A stretch of DNA of 64,000 nucleotides, taken from NCBI GenBank assembly GCA_013265495.1, contig MU057711.1, positions 2,430,844-2,494,843 on the forward strand. Direction: 5' to 3'. The notes beneath the pieces are model-generated. The model was not told the origin of the DNA, did not search any database, and worked only from the letters and a program-made list of their open reading frames with translations. The DNA is from Vicugna vicugna. Its lineage: Eukaryota. Shown piece after piece: positions 58,401 to 64,000 of this stretch; the first letter of the stretch is position 1, and each line of letters opens with the position of its first letter. The translations under genes were made by a program, and so were the position numbers.

Positions 58401-59379
58401 TTGATACCATGTGTGCATTTTGCAGGACCCCTAGAAGGTAAATCCTCTGATTTTGTTCATTTTACATTTGAAGAAATGGAGGCTCAGAGAGGTTGATTGT
58501 CTTTTACAAGGTCACACAGCCAGGACATTGAGGCTGGACCTAACCCCTGGCCCATCTGACATCAAGCTTGTGTTCTCACCCTTGGGCCCAGGCTGAGTGT
58601 TAATGTTAGGGTGAGTCCTGGGGTCCTTTTCACTGAGCCCTTGAGGGCTTCTACATGCAAGTTTCCCTCTTTTGGGCCCCGCACCCTGCACCCTCCTCTC
58701 TGATACACAAAATTCCAACCATGGCTGGCAGTGTTCCTGAGTGACACCCCCGAGTACCGTAATGTGTTTTTTGTGCACAAAACCCTGTGTTCAGCAAATT
58801 GCTGTGACCAAGACCCTATCCAGTTACCTGCCCCATCAGAGGTATGTTCTGCGACACTGCCAAGCAAAGCAGAGCATAATACTTCTAAGAATTTTAACCA
58901 TTAGATAAAAAAAAGCTCAGCCCTGGCAGCCCCTGTCTGGCGCTGCCGAGTGGGAACCAGATACAAAGCAAACAAAAAGGGCTCGTCCTATGTGTGGGCT
59001 GATGTCTTTCCTGGTGGGTCAGCCGCCCTGGCCCCACGGTCATGTTGTCAAAGCTGTTGGTCACCTGGCTCCAGTGGCTGGCTGGCTGGGGGCAGGTGGC
59101 GCTGGGTCTCCACACACAGCTGAGCCCTGAGCTGCCTGCCTTCTGGGGCTGGGCTCAGTGTCCATCCCTGCCCTAAAGCCACACCTTACCAATTCTGCTG
59201 CTACGCCTCACCTCGGCAGCTTGCGAACTCTGGGCCCCTCTTGTGCTCCACGGGGTTGTAAGGACAATACTTCACGTGGGAGGGTTAAACGGGTTAATGT
59301 AAGCCAAGAGAACTGAGCGTGGCGCATCCCTGGGGCTCCGCAGCTGTTAGCTGTTCCTGAAAGTCAAACATCGATGTAA

Positions 59380-60110
59380 CTGCCGACCGAGAGCACCTAC
59401 CAGGCCCTGCTAGGGGTACACAGAGGAGTAGAGCAGACGTGGTCCCTGCCCTCCTACAGCTTACAGTCCGGGGGGTGATGGGAAACAGCACATGTGACAT
59501 TAGAACTGGGTCTATGGTAGGAGGTTTTCACCAAATGGAAAGACAGGGAAAGTCACTCCAGAGGACTTTAGAGGTGCTTAGCTGAGACCTGAACAATGAG
59601 GAAGTTATGAGGGTAGAGGTGGGAGGGACAAGCTTTTTTGGTAGAGGAAACAGCACGTGCAAAGGCCTGGTGCTGGGAGGAAGCTTCACGAGCTTCAGGA
59701 CCTTGGGGCTTAATCTGCGTTAATGAGCCAACGACCTGAGGCCAACACAGCTGGGGGGCAGAGGGACAGGGACTGGGAGATGGTGCTGGAGACTGGGCAG
59801 GGGCCAGGTCTTGGGGTGCTTTTTAGGCGACGTTTAGGAGCTTGGCATTTCACCTAAGAGCAACAGGAAGCATTAAAATGTTTTAACCAGGTGGTGACCT
59901 GATGAGATCAGTATTTTAATAAAGATCACCGGGCTGACACATGGAACACGGGGCACGGAGGGCCAGGAGGGGCAGCAGGGAGGCTAGCTAGGAGAACTTT
60001 ACAGTGGTCTGGGCGAGGAAAGGTGGGAGCTTGCACCAGGATGGTGACAATGTGGCTGGAAAGGAGTGGGTGGGCTGGAAAAACCTTGCTGCTATGGTGT
60101 ATGTAGGGTG
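59380..60110 (-). mobile_element. L2 LINE fragment
   Basis: gagcacctacc...gacgtggtccctgccctc...ggaaacagcacgtgcaaaggcctgg...ttttaataaagatcacc. Confidence 0.75.
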
Positions 60111-60429
60111 GGCTGCTGGGAGGGTCTTGGAAGCAAATGTCACATCCCCAAGCTCCTGGGTAGCCGAGAGAAACAATTGAGCCTGTCCCAGTCAAGCTCA
60201 CTTCCCGGCAGGTCTGACTCTTGACCCTAAAAGCCACCAAAGGCCGAGAAAGCTCTGAGCTGGACACAGCCCTCCATGTGCTCACACTTCTCGGCCTCTT
60301 TCCAGATGCCCAGGAACGGGCAAGTCAAGTCTGCATCCTCTCCTTCGGCACCAGGGAAGCGGGGGCTCCGACCCTCTCTCCTCCTCACTCAGGGCAGGCT
60401 CCTCCCAGGCAGAAGCTGGTCCTGATGCC

Positions 60430-60670
60430 CCTGGTGGTTCAGCGCACTGCTTTTAGACCTGGTTTGGGTCCAAGTTCTGCCAGTTACTACTAGCTGTGGC
60501 ACCATAGGGATGAGTTACTAACCTCTCTGTACCTTAGTTTCCTTGTCTGTGGTGAGAAGGAGGGCACCTAACTTGTAAGTTGTACTGAGGATTTAAGTGA
60601 GTTACTCACATAAAGCACTCAGCAAAATGCTGGGCCCGTAGCAGGTGCTCAGTAAATACTAGGTCTTATT
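60430..60670 (+). mobile_element. MIR SINE
   Basis: agttactaacctctctgtaccttagtttcc...tgaggatttaagtgag...taaagcactcagca. Confidence 0.75.
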
Positions 60671-60897
60671 ATTCCTAATAGCTGTAATATGGGAGTAATG
60701 ATCGCAGGGCTGTGGAGAAGACATTTGTAATGGACCCATCACAGTGCCTGGTACATGGTTAGTGCCTGAAATGCCAAAGTTGATCTTTGCAATAGTGCTA
60801 ATTTGGAAGCAGCTTCAGAATCCACCAGTGGGGATCTTTTAAGTCCATTCTAGATGACAATGGAATGAGAAGGAGCCATTAAAAACGATGCTGTGAA

Positions 60898-61038
60898 GGG
60901 GGAGGGTATAGCTCAGTGGTAGAGCACACACCTGGCATGCATGAGGTCCTGGGTTCAATCTCCAGTATCTCCATCAAAATAAATAAGTAAATCTAATTAC
61001 TTCCTCCCTACAAATAAATAAATTAAATTAAATTTTAA
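60898..61038 (+). mobile_element. Vic-1-like SINE with TSD
   Basis: gggggagggtatagctcagtggtagagcac...gaggtcctgggttcaatc; TSD aaaaaYgatgctgtg at 60881-60895 and 61039-61053. Confidence 0.92.
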
Positions 61039-61120
61039 AAAAATGATGCTGTGGAAGAATGATGGGGGAACTTAGTTATTCTACGATGTTAATTGAAAAA
61101 AAAAAGTCAGGATTAAAACT

Positions 61121-61485
61121 TTCTATGGCCTGAATGTATCCCTCTAAAATCGGTAAATTTGGAATCCTAACCCCCAAAGGTCGATAGTAGTAGGAGCCGG
61201 ATCTTTGGGAGATGCTGAAGTCATGAGCGTGGATGCCTTACGAATGGGATTAATGCCTTTTAAGAGAGGCCCCAGAGAGAGCCCTTGCCCCTCCCGTCAG
61301 GTGAGGACACAGTCAGAAGATGCGGGCTATGAACCAGGATGCAAGCCTCCCAAGAAGGGGACCATGCTGGCTCCTTGATCTTGGACTTACCAGCCCCAGA
61401 ACTGTAACTAGGTAAAATTCTGTTGTTTGTAAGCTACCTAGGCAGTGTTTTTTTTTTTTTTATAGAGACCGGAACAGACTAAGCC
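61121..61485 (+). mobile_element. MLT1A/A0-like MaLR solo LTR
   Basis: ctatggcctgaatgt...gaatgggattaatgcc...gtgaggacacag...ccttgatcttggactt...cagactaag. Confidence 0.88.
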
Positions 61486-61777
61486 AAAACTGCATGTGTA
61501 GTAGGTGAGAGAGTAATTATTTTAATTTCTTTTTTAGGCCTTTCATAATTAAAAACATTTCACCATGAACACGCATTTGCTTAAGAGCCTGAAAAATTAT
61601 ACTGTTCATAAAGAGTTTTTAAAGGCAGGGGAACATGCCCATAATCCAATGTTAAATTGAAAAAAGAAATTAGGTTACAAAATTATTTGCGCAGTGTTAA
61701 CTCACCTACACACGACAAAGTACCCAGAAGGAAATAAATGCACCATGACGTCAGTGTTTGGTATCTCGGAGTAAGGG

Positions 61778-62285
61778 TGTGGTGATTTTAAACCATGGCC
61801 TCAAATCCTTTGACCCTCCTCCCTTTGAAAATAACTTGTTTCTCCGCCTTGATTCTGGGTGGGCTAGTGATTGCTTTGACCAATAGACTAGGGCAGAAGT
61901 GACACTATGTAACTTCCAAGGCTGGGTCATAAAAGGCCATGGAGTTTCCCTTTACTTTCTAGAACCTTCTCTCTTGGAGCCCCGAGCCTCTAGATAAGAA
62001 AGAATTACAGCTACCCCAAGGCTGCCATATTGTGAGGAAGGCTGAGCCACATGGAGAGGTCACAAGTAGGCACTTGGGTCAATGGTCTCAGCTGATTCAT
62101 CCCAGCCCAGGAGCCTGTGTGAATGCAGAAGCTTCTAGATAATTCCAGTCCTTAGCTGTTTGAGGCTTCAGACATCACAGAGCAGAGACAAGTCATCCCC
62201 CCTGTACCCTGCCAAATTCCTAACCGGGCTGTTCTCTGCCAGTAACTTGGGGTGGTTTGTTATGTAGTGATAGATATTTGGAACA
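61778..62285 (+). mobile_element. MLT1F/G-like MaLR solo LTR
   Basis: tgtggtgatttt...tgctttgaccaatag...gcagaagtgacact...gagcagagacaagtcatccc...ggggtggtttgttatgtagtgatagat...gaaca. Confidence 0.85.
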
Positions 62286-62499
62286 GAAGGATTATGGGAA
62301 ATTTTTATTGTTTTAACTCTACTTTTCTAGAAACTTTAAAAAAAATTATGAGCCTATGTTTTTATGATTAAGAAAAGATATATTAGGAAATGTTTCTTGA
62401 GTGAATAAAGAGGAAATAAAGAAAGAAAAAATGAATTAAAGAGAAGAAGAGAGAGAGGGAGGGAAAAAGGAGAGAGGGAACCATTTTTGTGGGAAGGCC

Positions 62500-62730
62500 C
62501 TGACTCCATCCCTTTCAGGAATCACAGAGCTCAGACAAGCCGCCCCTGGATGTTTCTTTCCTCCATGACTCATTCCATCGAACCATTCCGCCCTTGGACC
62601 ATGACTGAAGGGCCCAGCAATAACTGACTATGAGTCAGACAGCTGGCTGTGTGTCTTCGTGCAACTCACTCAACCTCTCTGAGCAAATTTCCTTACCTGC
62701 CAGGTGAGGCGCATGCAAATACTTGGACAG
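62500..62730. promoter_or_regulatory. Candidate AP-1/TEAD enhancer
   Basis: TGACTCA 62566-62572 overlapping CATTCC 62571-62576; CATTCC 62584-62589; TGAGTCA 62631-62637; two CCGCCC; octamer ATGCAAAT 62713-62720. Confidence 0.4.
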
Positions 62731-63684
62731 GGCTGGAGTGTGGAAGAAGCAGGATTCAAACCCAGGGCTGTCTAGCTCCTGCCAGGGCAGTTCCTCTGTC
62801 TCCATTAAGGGGGTCTAGAAAAAGGCCTTGGAAGATATCAGAAGGGAGCTGCTCCCAGCCTGGGGACCCTCTGCGTAGGCTGCCAAAGGGCAGGGGCCAA
62901 GGTGCCAGGCACAGAGCGGGGAGGCTGGGGGCCCCAGTGGAGACTGGGGCGCTCAGTCCCTCCAGGAAGCCAAGCGATCCCTCCCATAAACCTTTCACCC
63001 CTGCATTCTCTGAATGAAGCCATTCAGAGGAGGAAACCCGACCGGCCCATGTTTTATGCATGGTCCGGCCATGCCAGCAGCAGCAGGTCTCCTGGGGAGG
63101 TATTATTTTTAGCCAGAGCATGTGAGTGAGCTGGGAGCTTGAAAGAAGCAGGCTGGTCACCCACCTGTCCATTCCCCTCACCCCAGGACCCCCTCCCTAG
63201 CTGGGTGGTCATAGGCAATGCTAACGCAATCCGTGCCCAGCACAGGGGGCACTGGCCTAAGCCAAGACTCCCCTGAGGGTGAGGCTGGGGTCTCATCACT
63301 CCAGGCTGTTGTGCAGCCAACTAAAGCAGCTGGTCATCTCCAACACCTGTGTGGCCACCTTCCACCGGGAGTTCCCTCCCTCCCTTCCCAGATGTCGGCT
63401 CTGGGAAGGCTAAACCCAAGGGATGGGGACAAGCACGTTTCTGAGAATCTGTGTGAGAGGATGTAACCTTTGTCAGCCTTTTGAACTTCCTCTGTGGCTG
63501 CAAAACAATCTGGCTGCTGGGGGTGCCCAGCTTTCATCACCCCAAGCTTCCTCCTGGGCAGTGTCCCCAGCAGTGTCCATTTCAGGGTAGATTGTCAGTG
63601 AATCCTAGGTAATTAACATCTTTTCCTGTCAAATTTCCATGTTCCCACCCCACCTTGCTTTCAACTAAGTTTCAGCTGCAGCGT

Positions 63685-63955
63685 GGTTAGCATTTACTGA
63701 GTGCTTACTCTTTGCTAAGTATTTCTGTGCACATCATCTTTTTATTATTTTAAGTTTTACTTATTTATTTTGATGGAGGTACTAGGGATTGAACCTAGGA
63801 CTTCGTATATGCTAAGCATGAGCTCTACCACTGATCTCTACCCGGACACCATATCATCTTTTTAAATCCACACAACCCTTTAGGGATGGGTACTGTTATG
63901 GACCTCACTTTTGTTATGGGGAAATTGAGGCTCTGAGAGGAGAGTGACTTGCTCC
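63685..63955 (-). mobile_element. MIR SINE (host of a Vic-1 insertion)
   Basis: agcatttactgagtgcttac...aatccacacaaccc...ggggaaattgaggctctgagaggagagtgacttgc. Confidence 0.75.
63745..63850 (-). mobile_element. Vic-1-like SINE with TSD nested in MIR
   Basis: atggaggtactagggattgaacctaggac...atgctaagcatgagctctaccactga; TSD aYatcatcttttta at 63731-63744 and 63851-63864. Confidence 0.88.
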
Positions 63956-64000
63956 ACTCAAGCCTGCCTGAAACAAAGGAGCACGCTCTGCTCATTTTTG

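Noticed and set aside
1..64000. Protein-coding genes among the listed six-frame ORFs (e.g. 765-1331, 20531-21091, 21192-21842)
   Set aside because: No recognisable domains; low-complexity composition typical of GC-rich chance ORFs; many overlap on both strands. The only recognisable peptides are broken L1 ORF2 and ERVL fragments. Small spliced exons cannot be excluded by eye.

Overview
Mammalian non-coding genomic DNA, very probably from a camelid (alpaca, llama or camel). The basis is six tRNA-derived SINEs matching the camelid Vic-1 pattern plus artiodactyl-type young L1 3' ends. I can support no intact protein-coding gene, RNA gene or CRISPR array. The ORF track is chance ORFs plus decayed L1 ORF2 and ERVL gag/pol fragments. 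Much of the window is interspersed repeat: L1 of several ages, L2, MIR, MLT1 and LTR16-type solo LTRs, MER21- and MER39-like LTRs, and MER5A, MER45A, MER47/Tigger5, MER58A, MER63 and MER104 DNA transposons. It also holds a ~5.2 kb decayed HERV16-like ERVL provirus (gag-PR-RT-IN-dUTPase-PPT-3'LTR, minus strand). Between the repeats are several repeat-free, motif-dense blocks (about 10.1, 19.8-20.6, 29.6-30.2, 34.6-35.4, 44.4-44.9, 46.1, 56.3 and 62.5 kb) that look like developmental enhancers in a gene desert or very large intron. The most notable observations are: two candidate enhancers ~10 kb apart sharing a collinear motif series; a seven-unit degenerate ~45 bp array apparently derived from the L2 3' region; a tiny twin-primed (5'-inverted) L1; and the fossil ERVL. 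Repeat family names come from recalled consensus sequences, not a database search, so subfamily labels and boundaries are approximate. I could not identify the locus, and I found no firm evidence of a new biological system.
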